Origin: the human T2T-CHM13v2.0 reference genome, Homo sapiens
NCBI RefSeq assembly: GCF_009914755.1
Contig: NC_060929.1
Strand: one strand, 5' to 3'
Length of the DNA: 64,000 nt
Shown here one piece after another: positions 14,850 to 28,779 of this stretch. Within the stretch, counting starts at the first letter, position 1. Each line of letters starts with the position of its first letter. The notes beneath the pieces are model-generated. The model was not told the origin of the DNA and ran no database searches. It saw only the letters and a program-made list of their open reading frames with translations. Both the position numbers and the translations under genes were made by a program.

Positions 14850-15392
14850 AGGGGTCACAATATTTAAATGGTTACCCAAAAGGTAATTAGTGTCAGACAG
14901 AGGAAGTGGAAGACGTGGGGAATAGGACAGAGGGGCAGGTTCTGGGAAGAGGCACAGATAATTGGAGAAGTCTAGAAGTTGGGTTGCGATCTCACCTCAG
15001 CACAGACGAGGCATGATCAATGTGGTAAAGAATCCATGCCAGTGTTTTCCTCTTACGCTCTTTATCACATCACTGAGTAATTTCTCCCTGCCCAGGTGGT
15101 AACTAGGTGATATAAATGCTGGTAGACTGGTGGTCTACAATGATTCTGGGAAGAAACTGTATTTGATTTATGACTTGTAAATATTAAATGGTTTATTTTG
15201 TAAAGCTAATATCAAGTTATTCTTTTAAAATGAGTCTGGTCCTTGCAAAACCAACCAGTTAGTGACTTATTGAAGCCAGTGGAGGTGGTGATGAAATAAG
15301 TGAAGGAAAAGCTCAGAAGCTCAGACCTAGAAAGCTGGAGAGATCAAAGCTATGATGGCGAGGAGCAGTTAACATCAGAAGAGACAGGGGAA

Positions 15393-15830
15393 TTATAGCA
15401 GACTCTTATGCCATCTACCCAACCTTCATTCTTTCCTTCTTCCTGGTTAACAAAATGCCAGTTGTATGCAGGGATCCACATTCCTTCTCAAATCCAGGGA
15501 CTTCAGAGGAGAATGACTGCATCCCTGGCTTGGAGTTGGGTCTGATTGATCTAAGTCAAAAACAGCAACCTCCTTCTACTTGCCAATGACTGGTCTAGCA
15601 TGAGCATGTGTCACACTTCTGGTCACAGAGATATCAGGTGAAGTCTGCTGGGGGAGCTCCTGGCAAAGGTTTTCCTTATCTTAAAAGGGGTCCCAACAAA
15701 GACTTGGTTTCTTTTTTCTCTGGAGGCTGTTGTTGTCATTGACTATGACTCCTAAACTGCTGCAACCACCTTGTGACTATGGGTAGGGAAGACAGCCAGG
15801 GAACAATTGAGGGATGGCAGGACACAGAGA
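15393..15830. mobile_element. MLT1 (J/K-like) MaLR LTR, decayed
   Basis: ttgccaatgactggtctagcatgagcatgtgtcacacttctggtcac...gaagtctgctggggg...gctgcaaccaccttgtgactatg. Confidence 0.65.
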
Positions 15831-15929
15831 TGAATTGTTTATAGGCTTATCAAAGAGGAGAGTGCATCTGCTAATTGTAAAATTATTATTATATTCAGAG
15901 TTCAGTCTTCTAGACCTAAATACCCCCAA

Positions 15930-16540
15930 ATCTCAAATAAATAAGATTTGTTAACACTGACAAATATAAAGTTTTACTTTTAAGGTTACAAAATTAATTG
16001 TAGCAGGATTCAGTAGAAATCTGATTTCCTCACTGTTAAAAAAAAAAGACCAAAGAACTGACAGAATACCCAAAAATATATTATTAAGGTTATTTGTAAA
16101 AGTATAGTGCCCAGCCTAGTGGAATCCCATAGTACTCAGTATTGCTTCCATGTCTGGGATGTGGCATGGGAACCCTCTTTCAAAGGAATATTGATGATTA
16201 GAGGTTATCCTGGGAAGAAGAACCAGGATGGCTAAGATTTACAGGTCTTCATGTGCAGGCCCTCACTAGAGGCAAGCAGGCTGTTTAACTTGGAGGAGAG
16301 AAGAGTTAGGGAGGGCACGTTTACTGTCTTTAAATCCCTAACGAGGAGCCAACTTCATCTGGGTGGGTCCAGAGGGCCAAACCAGAACCAAAAGAGGAAA
16401 TGTCAGAGACACTGAGATCAGTCCAATGTAAGAAAAAACTTTGACCTTATAATAATTATATCTGTGCAACAATAGAAATGACTGGATCTTGAAATAGTGA
16501 GTTGTCATTAGAAGTGTTCCAACAGAGGATGAATAACCTG
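15930..16540 (+). mobile_element. L3/CR1 LINE fragment
   Basis: CR1-like text: aaccaggatggctaag...gtttaacttggaggagagaagagttaggg...actgtctttaaat...cagagggccaaaccagaacc. Confidence 0.6.
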
Positions 16541-16549
16541 TGTGGACAT

Positions 16550-16860
16550 AAAACTCACTCAACACTTATTGCACATCTACTAAATGGCAGATGATTAGTG
16601 GGGAGTAGAAAGATTAATGTGATGTAATCCCTGATCACAGGGTGTTGGAAGTCTACAGTGGGTAGATGACAGGTAAACAGCTATTTATTCTGTGTGGTAA
16701 GTGATATTGTAGAGTTTGTGCAAACTTTTATGGAGACATTAATTCTGCTTTGGATAATCAGAAAGTATTGTGAGGAAGTTATATTTACTGAGACTTGAAT
16801 AATGATCTGGAGTTTATATTGCTGGGAAATAAACTATCAATGCAGGGGAAATTCAGTGAA
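16550..16860 (-). mobile_element. L2 3' fragment
   Basis: cactcaacacttattgcacatctactaaatggcag...atccctgatcacagg. Confidence 0.55.
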
Positions 16861-16870
16861 TTGTAAAATC

Positions 16871-17020
16871 TAAGAAAAAAGAAGAGAAAGAAAAAGAAAA
16901 GAAAAGAAATAAAATAAAATAAAATAAAAACAGAAAGGAAGGGAGACAGAAAGTAAGACAGAAAGAAAGAAGAAAGAAAGCAAGAAAGCACAAAAGCAAG
17001 CAAGCAAGAAAGAACAAAGA
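16871..17020. repeat. A/GAAA-rich low-complexity compound repeat
   Basis: (GAAAA)n, (TAAAA)n, (GAAA)n and (GCAA)n runs. Confidence 0.85.
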
Positions 17021-17277
17021 AGTGGTTGCCTTATCTGGATGGCTGGTGGCTATGACTCAAGGCTCACTAGATGAAGTGGAGAGAGTAAATAAAGCCAGAG
17101 ATCTTTAAAAGTCCCAGGCAGAGGCATGGAACTGGATCCAGAAGGAAAACGTCAAAGAGCATACAAGGGCGGTCCTTCCCCTGGTTTGCTTTTTTTGTGG
17201 AGAGTCAGCCACCTTTGATGCAGTTGTTCACACACTTCCAGTGGCCTGTGAAATCCCTCAGGAGCAGGGGGAGCTTA

Positions 17278-17702
<425 letters not shown>

Positions 17703-17914
17703 TCAGTTTTGTTTTGTTTTTCCCAAAGGGTGTGGTGAACTGAAGTAGCCAGAGGGACAAGAAGCAGGAGAGTGAATAATCATCCCTAACGCTCTGCAAC
17801 ATATGAGAAGAGGGGAAGCAAACCACTCACACTGACAACTCCTTTCTTTAGCTCCAATCCAGACTCAACAAAAAAGGACTTATTTGACAAAGATACATGG
17901 CACTTGATGGCAAG

Positions 17915-18170
17915 CAGTGGCAGTATGATAAACTGGTAAAGCAGTCCAAGACTTAAGGCCTAAGCTTTTGCTTCTGGGCTATGTGACCTTGGATGAATTA
18001 CCTCACCTCTCTGAGCTTCAATAGTCTGCAAAATTTGCAAAATGAGGTACAAGTATTGATCACTCAGAGAAGCTGTGGGGATGACACAGGATAATGTTAT
18101 ATAGCTCTATTAGTGTGCTAGCACAGTTCTAGCCATGTAGCAGGGAGTCGTGAATTATAACCATTGTTAT
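17915..18170 (+). mobile_element. MIR SINE
   Basis: ctatgtgaccttggatgaattacctcacctctctgagcttca. Confidence 0.65.
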
Positions 18171-18239
18171 TATTTTATTCTTAGGAATAATACAAGTTAA
18201 AAAAGGAATTAATAGTTAGGGCTTATTGGACTTTGGGGG

Positions 18240-18530
18240 ACAATTGATTCAACAAATTTGAGCACCTACCCTGTTCAAGGCACTCATTTTGTGCTGGGAA
18301 AACAGCACAGAAAGTCATTTCTTCCTTCAGAGAATTACATTCTATATGAGAGATACAGACAAGAAAATAAACAAACATAGATAAAGAGAAGAGCTATAAA
18401 GAAATTTAAAAAAGAACACAGGGGTCACACTATGCTTGTGCTGTGAATAAGAACATTGGCTGAACCTGCAATATTTGGGGAAGGATGTCAATTCCTGAAG
18501 GCTGACATGAGGTCTACATTGAATGTCAGA
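18240..18530 (-). mobile_element. L2 3' fragment
   Basis: attcaacaaatttgagcacctaccctgttcaaggcact. Confidence 0.6.
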
Positions 18531-20153
18531 CTGACTCAGTGACTTTATATCCCATATAGTCACACTTTTATGTCTTAATGAAGTCAGGTTTCAGACAAAT
18601 TGGTTCATTCATTTCCGAGGACCCCCATACTTCTTTCGGTCTTGGATAAGTTGAATTACTCATTCACTAAGTATTTTGGCAGAACCTTCAACTGATGCGT
18701 ATTTTTAGCGCTGGGTTCATGTGTAAAAAAAAAAATACATTTGGAGGGGCCGAATGAATAATGGAAGAGGAAAATAAAATAGCAAACTGTGTTTTTCAAA
18801 CGTCAGCTTGGTAGTAATGGAGCAGAAAGTATTGGGTGATTCATAGCATATGTGAGGCTAAAAACAAACATAAGCAAAATACCAAATTGTTCAAAGTCTC
18901 ACAGGGAGGGTGCCAATCATGAAAGAGCTCGAACTGACAAAAAGAGTGACAAGGGCCAGCATAGGGGGTGTGAGGAGACAGAGACAGACATTGACATAAA
19001 ATAGTAAGATTCAACAAGAATGTTCTGTTTGAATGTGATGACCAAAAGCATATTTTTGAGAGAGTTTAGAAGAATGTCTCTCCAGAGCCCAGACGTAGCC
19101 TCTGAGTAAACAAGGAAATCGTGGCCTATATCTTTGAATTTATAGTTTGACCCTGAAAATGTGCACTTTGGTCAGCAAAATGTTAAGAGGAATTTTCAAC
19201 AACAGAAGTAGCTGATAATCATGATTGTAAAAACACTTAGCGTTTCCATATAAATGTCTTCAAAGAAGAGAGTGAGCTTTTAATAACAACTCCATATTGT
19301 GAAGTCAAGGCTGTTAATGGCATATACTTTACACACAAACGACTTTAATACAATCTATGCCATCACCTTGAAACCCGTTCTAGGAAATATCTCCAAGATT
19401 TAGTTTAGATTCTTCTCTGTTATCCAGAGCTGAGCCCCTGATTCAAGCAAGCTTATCATTTATTTTTTTCTGTAGTCTCTTAAGCCTCAAATCTACCATT
19501 TATTTTTAGTTTGTGATGTTTCCTGTCTCTGAATGTCATTTTGCCAATCTCCCTCCTGGCTTCCCTCTACTCTTTGACGTTTAGCTCAAATGTCTCTCCT
19601 TCAGTGAACTTCTTAAGCAGAGTCACTCATAACTTGATCTGGTTTCCTGCAGCATTTTATACACATCTTTATAATTCCTTTGTTAATCATTCTCATGCCT
19701 ATTGTTTATTTTTTGTCCTTTAGGTGCCAGGCACTGTATTAAGCATATTACCTAAATTCTTTACTTTAATACTTGCTATTGCTTTATGAGATAGATATCA
19801 TTATTATTCTCATTCATGATTGAGGTTAAGTAAGTTGCTTCATTTCATCCACCTAATAAGAGATAGCATCTGACTTCTTACTCGAGAACACATACTCTCA
19901 AGTACATGCTATGTGGCCTCTCATATCACCATACTGTTTGCTTTTGCTGGTGTTGCAAGTTTATTTGTGTTCACATCTATCTCCCTCTTTACATAAAATA
20001 CATGTACAGGTCTTGCCTAGGTTGGAGGGATAGATGAAATACAGGGCTGGTCAGGAGTCTATTTACTGGTTCTATCCATGATGCAGGAGACAAAGTTGTT
20101 AGCGTAGTCAAGGTTGATTACTGGGAGGTTACTTGAAGGAAAATGCCTTAGAC

Positions 20154-20681
20154 CGGTGGTCCCCAAAGTTTTTGGCACAACGGACCAGTTTTGTGGAAGA
20201 CAATTTTTCCATGAACCAAGGAGGAGGGGTTTGTTTTGTGATGATTCAAGCACATTACATTTATTGTGCATTTTATTTCTATTATTACTACATTGTAATA
20301 TATAATGAAATAATTATACAACTCACCATAATGTAGAATCAGTGGGAGACTTGGACTTGTTTTCCTCCAACTAGTCGGTCCCATCTGGGGGTGATGGGAG
20401 GAGTGACAGATTGTCAGGCATTAGGTTCTGATAAGGAGTACACAACCAAGATTCCTCGCATGTGCAGTTCACAATAGGAACTCTTCCTCCTATGGTAATC
20501 TAATGCCGCCTCTCATCTGACAGGAGGCAGAGCACAGGTGGTAATGTGAGTGATGGGGAGCGGCTGTAAACACAGATGAAGCTTTGCTTGCTCACCTGCT
20601 GCTCACCTCCTGCTGTGCAGCATGGTTCCTAACAGGCCATGGACCAGTACCAGTCTGTGGCCCAGGGACTGGGGACCCCTG
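20154..20681 (+). mobile_element. MER1A non-autonomous hAT-Charlie DNA transposon, full length
   Basis: TIRs cggtggtcccc / ggggacccctg, 8-bp TSD ccttagac/ccatagac, ~528 bp, typical MER1 internal sequence. Confidence 0.88.
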
Positions 20682-21237
20682 CCATAGACAAAATTGGTAA
20701 CAAGAGTCAAAAATCAGAAATGAAGAAAACAATTCAGGACAATGGAAGTTACATAGGAATCAAAGGTTAAGAAAGATCTTGTTCAGACAAAATTTTAATT
20801 GGACACAATATTTACACACACAGAAGAAAGGGCATTCTTTTTCACTTGGTATATACTATGCATGGCCAAGTGTTATAAACTTCTTGGATGTACTAACCAT
20901 ATAAATCTCAAAATAAGTTTCTAGACTCTCCTGGTATATCAGTTCCTTCTCATTTGGGACATATGCACATTTCTATTGCAATTCTTACTGCTTAGTATTG
21001 TTTAAGAGACAATCATGCCTTGTGGGGCTCAGATCTTTTCAAGAACATTGGGTATATCTTATCCATCTTTGTGGTCCAATGTCTAACAACTAGTGAGCTA
21101 TAAAAGGTGGGCCAGTATGTAAATAAAATTGAAACAAACAAGAATGTTTTCTATAGCATTTGTAAAATAATTGGCTATATATTTTTTAAAAACCCTCAAA
21201 ATTCATGTTTTCTATAAATAAAACACACAGTACTTTT

Positions 21238-21423
21238 TTTTTGTAAGTTTAAGTTCTGGGATACATGTGCAGAACGTGCAGGTTTGTTACATAGCTATAC
21301 ATGTGCCATGGTGGTTTGCTGCACCTGTCAACCAGTCATTTAGGTTTTAAGCCCTGCATGCATTAGTTGTTTGTCCTAATGCTCTCCATCTTCTTGCCCC
21401 CCACCCTCTGACAGGCCCCGGTG
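21238..21423 (-). mobile_element. Very short 5'-truncated L1PA8-like insertion (3'UTR only)
   Basis: Poly(T) followed by antisense L1 3'UTR (taggttttaagccctgcatgcattag); perfect 16-bp TSD aacacacagtactttt at 21222-21237 and 21424-21439. Confidence 0.92.
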
Positions 21424-21739
21424 AACACACAGTACTTTTCTAGGGAGTTAAAGATTCATTCAACAACTGGGACATTTAGACAATTGAAGAGAATTTCAGA
21501 GATAATGGATCATAACTATGTTTTTCCTCTCCCTTCTTTCTTCTGGAAAGGTAGAAATATGTATCCTTTTACTGACTCCCTTGATAACTTCCCACCAAGG
21601 CCATGACATTTAGAAGGTAGTATTTATTGTAGAATTGTAAGAAATGGACATAGTTTTCATCCCTTAAATATGTTTTCTGACTACTAAAAACAGTACCTAG
21701 TGGTTGAGAAAACAATTGACCATTTATTTATGTATTTCT

Positions 21740-22240
21740 TCATTCATGCAATGAAAACATAGTTAAAGCCTTTTGTATGCAAGTCTTTAAGCTAGCTACC
21801 AGGAATATAATTATGAGCCAAAATAGACATGGTCTTTGCTCTCCTGCTGTTTATTATCAAATGAGGGTCATCAAGTAATTAACTAAAATTATACCTTGCA
21901 AAGGGTTTCAAAGAGAGCTATATGGTGCTATGAGAACAAATAATAGGGGAAAGAGAAGCACAATATAAGCCAAACATGGAGATGTTGGAGTAGGTAGATC
22001 TTGCTGGGTATAACATCATGTTAAGGATTCTGGTATTTACCCCAAGAGCCACAATACGTTGTAGGCACTGAGTTAATGAAATTAGATGGTGCTTTCAAAA
22101 GACTACTTTGTTTATAGTGTAGAGAATAGGATGCAGGGAACAAGAGGAAAGTAAGACACTAATTAGATGGTTTAGATGTTGGTCTAAGTGAGAGTAGATA
22201 GTAACGTGGACCAGGTTTAAGGTCTTGGGAAACTGAAAAT
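21740..22240 (-). mobile_element. L2 fragment
   Basis: aatagacatggtctttgctctc...catgttaaggattctggtatttaccc...gactactttg...tgtagagaatag. Confidence 0.6.
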
Positions 22241-22242
22241 GA

Positions 22243-22584
<342 letters not shown>

Positions 22585-23999
22585 TAGAAGTCCATGGGTT
22601 GAGCAAAACCTACTGGGACTACTCATTAGCAGGTGGAGGGAAACTGTAGCTGTGCCACTTGGAAGAAAAAGTCACCTGTGGGCTTTCAGTTTAGTTATTT
22701 ATACTTATGCATTTGACCTAATGAAGATGCTTCAGCTTGAGGAAACAAACGGATATGGGAGATAATTGGGGACCAAATGGCATAATCATGAAGGTACACG
22801 GTATAGAACTTGATTTTTTTCTACTTTCAGCTTAGTTTATTCCCAATTCCTCACTAAAAAGCATAAGCTTAAATGAGGTTTTTGCAACATTTAATAGGTT
22901 AAATTCGTCTTCTAAAATTTGTTTTGACTTGAACTTTGCACAAGACACAATATTAAAACATGACTTAACTAGAGGCAGGGCCTTATTTGATCTTTGTATT
23001 CCCTAGGACTAGCCCCAGTGCCTTATTCAAAAAAAAGAAAAATGAATGCATAAGAAGAAAAAAGAAAAACTCATTTATTGAAGAGAGACATCAGATTAGC
23101 AGAAATAAAACATAAAAGGATCTAATAATACTACATGGGAATGGAAAAACCGAAGGTAGATTTTGAGTCTTCTTCAATTTCCAATTTGACTGTCTGATTT
23201 GTATTTTACATTTGTTTGTTGTTGTCTTTATGCCAAGATCTGTTTCTTTCCATCAGCATGTGCAAATGTAATAAATTAAATAGTTATTGGTGCTGTGGTT
23301 ATCTATGGTATTTCCAGAGGTCTTTAGTGCAACCATGAAAATAAACACTGGACTGTTTCTAAAAATTCTTGCATACTGAGAATTGAATGGTGGGTCCCAG
23401 AGAAACTTGATACCCCCGGACTGGTTTTTCTTCCCCTCTCGGTTTTGATTTCACAGGCAACACGGCTCTGGGGAAGCACTGGGAGTGCTTCAGCAGATAG
23501 TTTCTGAGTCTAGAGAGCTGAGTGCACAGGGAAATGAGGGCTCATAAAGTTGCCTATAAAGAGGAGAGATGACACTGATTAGTGTGTACTGGGCCAGGAT
23601 CAATATTATGAGCCTAGTGGCTTTGGGGAGTTATTCACAGGGCGGTGGATGTTTTCTTCTGCTTTATAGCTACTGGAAAGCTAAAAGAACTGGCTTAAGG
23701 TCACAGAAAAAGTGAATCAAGGTCCAGGCTAGTCCTCAACCCATGAGTGCCAAATCACTCTCCTCTCTATTGGTGAAGCTCTGAATTATCTTCCTCCTGC
23801 AGACGTGATCTTCTGTATTCATTTTCACAGTTGGAAGCATTATTATTCAACCTGTTGGCTCAGCCAGAACTCTTGGGCTCAATCTCAAAAGCTTTCAGAC
23901 TCTGGCAGGTGTCACAGATACATGAAATGGCCAAGAATAAGGCAAATGGGTGTGGAGGGCCTATGAACAACTGAAGGCTTTCAAATGTAAATGAAAAAA

Positions 24000-24480
24000 A
24001 TATACTACGCTCATCCAAGTTGCTACCTTGGTCTTAGAGTCATCTTCAATTCTCTTTTTTTTTTTTTCAAGCACACATCTTACAAATTCCTTTACCCAAC
24101 TGAGCCTACCTTTGACATAACTGTTGAATCTTGCTCTTTGTCTCCCTTCCTATTGCCACTGCTTTAATTCAGGCTCTCATCATCTCTCCTTCTACCTGGC
24201 CTAACTTCAGTTTAGCCATTACACTTTTCCTGCATCTATCCATTGCATTGCCAACAAAGTTATCTAAAGCCTGAGTGTGACCATGTTATTCCCTCATTTA
24301 TGAACTTGGGTAGTTCTGAACTGCCCATGGGCTGAGGGCAGGGGGGCCTCAGCATAGCTAAACCAACCTGACTTTCCAGACTCATCTGCTACCACCCCTC
24401 TCTTCTTGTCTTGTGCTCTAGAACATCAGGCTACTTGCTGGTCTCTCAATGTGCCCAAAAAGGCATTGCTCACTTAGTAT
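24000..24480 (+). mobile_element. L2 fragment
   Basis: agagtcatcttcaattctc...ctattgccactgctttaattcaggctctcatcatctctc...gtgaccatgttattccc. Confidence 0.55.
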
Positions 24481-25274
24481 GGGGGATTAGCTCCTGGAAA
24501 TGGAAATGCTACCTGAACTAACCACATGTGGGGTCATGTCAGCATAATCTCCCCAAAGAGCTATTTCTAGCATCAGGCATTAGCAATGGCTCTTTGAATT
24601 TTGTCAAATCCTCTGAAATCACAACATCCCTCTGGCCACAGTTTTTTCCAGGCCACAGGTCACACAATTGTTAGTCAGTCACCCCAAGCTCCAGTCATGC
24701 TTATGACAGGCTTTATAACATTTAAGGAATGCTCTTTATTGTTTGTGTCCTTAACCACTTTCTTGAAGTGACTCTGTGGTAAACCTTGCTTTTTAAGATC
24801 CAAAGTGGTTCTCTTCCTCTTTCCTTAAACAGCTCCAGCACTAATACTGGAAGTTTTCCCCCAAACATTATAAGTGAAACCTGTTCCCTAAAACACAACA
24901 TAAATAGCAGAAGGAAAAGTTACAGAAGACAAAAACCAACAAATTGTATTAGAAGAGTGTGGTAGGGTCCTCATTGGTTGAGAATTTGCTTGGCCACTCA
25001 GTAGCCATGAGCATATAGCACAATTGATAAAATATATAATATCTACTTATTGTATCTATCCAAACATCCATTCACATATGCGTGTGAATACCTTCACATA
25101 TGTAAAAGAAGATACTCTACAGAGAGTGTGGCAAAGGACTGCGTAGAAGAGGATGCATGTATGTTTGTGCTTGCTGTTCCCCCAGCCTCGGGTATACTCC
25201 TCCTTTGTTTTACTTGGTGAATTGCTACCCATGCCTTCAGCTCTGTTTACATGTTACCTAAACACTTTCTCTTC

Positions 25275-25430
25275 ATAGCGTGCTCCACAGACTTGTGGTA
25301 CCAGCATCTCCGTGGAGCCTGTTATAAATGCGGAATCTCAGGCCTCACCCCACATCTATGGAATCAGCATCTGCGTTTTACCAAAATCTCAAGGTGTTTT
25401 GAATGCACATGAATGCTTGAGGAGCACTGA
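25275..25430. mobile_element. MER5A/B hAT-Charlie DNA element
   Basis: gttataaatgcggaatctcaggcctcacccc...gaatcagcatctgcgttttaccaaaatctcaaggtg...ttgaggagcactg. Confidence 0.75.
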
Positions 25431-25669
25431 CCTAGTCTATAAAGCCTTCCCTCACCCCTCCAGCAAGACAAAAGGCTTTGCTTATACACTTGGTGTTATT
25501 TTTGTCTTTATCACGTTGTATCATGTGAACCTTTAACAAGAGTAGGCCCTTGACAATGTTTGCTGAAATGCATTAGGACATATCAATCCAGGCATCTGCT
25601 ATTCATTATGCTATTTGCAATAATATACCCTAGATTAGTTGATCCAACCTCCTCCTCTCTTTCAGAGGT

Positions 25670-26015
25670 TTTGAAAGTTTAAAACCTGATTTTCTAGGCT
25701 TCCTGACAGCCAGATATGGCCACGTGATTGTTCTGCCAATGAGCTGTAAGCAGAAATGTGCTAGTACTTTATCTCCTCTTTTCTTCTTTTGCCTGAAATA
25801 TGCCATGTTAGAGGTACTTCTCTGATGCCATCAGAAGCCAAAAGCACAAGACAAGGATAGAAGACCAATAAGAGAAAAATCTGGATTCTTGAAGGCATCT
25901 TTCTGACCCCAAACTGCTTCTCTATAGGCTTCTTATGTGAGACAAACACTTCCTTATGTGTTTACACTACTGTCCGTTTGTTGTTAATGGAGCTGAATGC
26001 ATTTCTGACCAATAC
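25670..26015. mobile_element. MLT1 MaLR LTR, decayed
   Basis: agccagatatggccacgtgattgttctgccaatgagctgtaagcagaa...cttcttatgtgagacaaac...ctgaccaatac. Confidence 0.65.
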
Positions 26016-27344
26016 GTTGGCAAATCCCATTTGAATTTGCTCTCTTTATTAGTCCTTGCTGGGGGCCCTTCAGGTGAAATACAATAAGGTATTAGAACAA
26101 TGGTTCTTTAATTGTTCTTTTTATTGCTATTCTATTTCACTAATTGACTTAGAATAGCATTTACTCCTAATATTCCCCGCAATGGGAAATAGGGCCATGG
26201 GACATATAAAATTTGAATAACTTACTGCTTCAAAAAACCTAGTTGTAGGTTTTGATGAAGTCATAAATATTGGACTATCAAAGAAATCAGTCAAGGCTTC
26301 TGGTCAATATCAGAACAGAAACCTCTCCTCTCGTCATTTTGACATCTTGACTGCTCCCCAGATGGGAGTGGACAGCCACATGAGGAAGTTTTTTTTAAAT
26401 ATGGCACTTTGGATTGCTTTACAGGAGCTCTGTGAAGACGTCTATGAGTTATGTGTAAATCCAGCCACTGTCTCACTCCCATAGCTTGGGGCTGCTTTGG
26501 ATCATTAAAGCCTCTTAATACTTCCCAAACCTCAGTTATGCATAAGCTACATTTCACTGGGAAACACTATGCAGGCCAAATGGGAAAACTAGGTGTTGAT
26601 GGCCATAGTAAACAAACAGAGTGGAATTTTGTTTTATTAGTCTTTGTGACATCTTGCTTCTTAAACTCCTCTGCAAACTCTTTGTGGTATTTTGCCCTCA
26701 CTGCATTGCTATATCTCCGTCAAAATCTGGCAGCTGTTTCATGGCTCATCATGAAAATACCGTCAAAAAATCCAAATGATGCAAGCTGAGCTGTCCTGGA
26801 AACTTTATACATCAATTTTCTTGGTGCCATCTGACCTCTGACCCACAACCTGGTGTCTCCTGGTATATCAGGTTGTCCTTTGTTATTTTGTATTTGGTCC
26901 TCATCGTTACCTAGCCACATTCTCAGACTGTTCCAGGTGGGTGCTATATTTAACAAATCCAGAGAAAAGACCGGGCATAACAGGCGCTCAAATTCACAGT
27001 AAACACACCTGTGGACAATCCCCCGAAGCACATCCTTCTGAACACCTTCAACGAAATAAACCTTTGTCCTCTGAGGTTGAGTGTGAGTTTGAAAAACTGA
27101 CAAAAGTCATTTAGAGATGGATCAAATCTCAAGCCATGTGACTCGGCTTTTTATAAAAGGCCATCCGATGAAGAAAACACGTGAACAAACAAGTTCCACT
27201 CTGGTCCTAGTCTCTGAAGACAATTTCAAAAGGGAAGGAATGAAGCCTTTTTGAAGCAGGCTCTTACACAACCACTCCGAAGGCTGCACTGAGTTAGGAA
27301 GTTATATTAGGTCCCTTAAATAATCAGCCTCCATTCCTAGTCCA

Positions 27345-27535
27345 TTAGTTCTCAAATGTTATCCTGCATCAGATTCACCTGTGGGATCTGTTGATGCACA
27401 GATTGCTGACCTCATCCTCAGAGTTTCTGATGCAGTGGGTCTCGGGCAGGGCCGGATAATTTGCATTTCTATCAATTTCCTGGGTGATGCTGACTGACGT
27501 TGTTGGTTCTGGACCACACCTGGAATTGTGCTTTA
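27345..27535. mobile_element. MER5A DNA element
   Basis: ttctcaaatg...gcatcagattcacctg...cagagtttctgatgcagtgggtct...aatttgcatttcta...ggtgatgctga...ggaccacac. Confidence 0.8.
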
Positions 27536-28779
27536 GTCAAACCTTATATTTTCATCCCATCAAGTCAGCTAACTGCTTGTCAGTTCTGAGATTTAAAAAA
27601 GCAGTATGACACAGTCACATAGTACCGTGTACCCTGATTCTCAATGTTCTTGACGTTTCATATTTTATGGTTACATGGTTTATAATGCGCACTGGACGGT
27701 GGATCACCAGGCACATCGGGTTACAGATAAGGCTGGAAGGAAAGTGTGTTACTGTCAGAGACGGTAGGGGAGATGGGGTAGGCAGGGCAGGATGTAGAGG
27801 TGTAATTGCCACAAACAATTGTCAGAGTTACTGCATATGATGGACAATCACCCATTCTGAACCTGGTCAGTGAGCCCATGAATGGATTTCATTTGGTTTC
27901 AGCACTTAACATATCACTCTAACTTTTGGAAGGAGCCACCGTTCCTCTAGCCACAAGTTTGTCATGTTTTTCAGGCTTGTGTGGCCAGGTGTTCTGGCTA
28001 GATATTTTCCCCTGCTTTCATTTCGTCTCCTCCACACTTGGATACAAAACAGGTGAGCTCCTGGCCTGAGGCACAGATTGGTGTAAGTTCATGATTTATA
28101 CTCATGACTCCTGGTTGATTTTACAATTTCTTCTCTATTCTACTTTAACTGGAAAAAAAATCTCTTGAGTAACCCCAGAGCATCAGCTAGCTGCATTATG
28201 AATTCCTGTAGTTTTTAGCTACATATTAGGATTATTATATATTCCTTTAGTAAACCCTTAGTTATGCAGAGTTTTAATATTCTGTATTTGCTTTAAAAAA
28301 TCACAGCAGTGCTCAGAGGAAAATCAGTGACTTTAAGGAGGGCAGCTGCCTCCTCCCACAGAGTGCTGCCACCTGGTCTCTACTCCAGCCCTACTAAGTG
28401 CTCCTTGCCATGTGGAGGTCTGGCTGGCCACCCAACTGACATTCATCAGGCGCTGTGCCAGGCACTCTTCTGGAGATGCAAGGGGCTCAAACCTATCCTC
28501 TGCTTTCAGAGAGTTATGCAGTGTCTACAAGGCCAGAAGTACATCAAGTGGAAAGTTTCTAATCATTTTCCTCTTCTCTTGTTCCTTCTCAAATTCCTTC
28601 CCAAGGAAGCCCATGCTTTGAGTTACCAGAATACTGGTAACTCCTCACATACACAAAACTACCTGCCTGCATTAAGAGGACATCTATGACCAGAAAACAA
28701 TGTATGTTTGACAGAGATTTATAAACACAGAATGGGAAAAAAAAGGACCCTGATCTGAGAGGTTCTTTCCTTTTATCCT

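Noticed and set aside
26720-27132. 127-aa and 60-aa minus-strand ORFs in a mildly CpG-rich unique region
   Set aside because: No recognisable homology, near-cognate starts, and no convincing splice-site pair.
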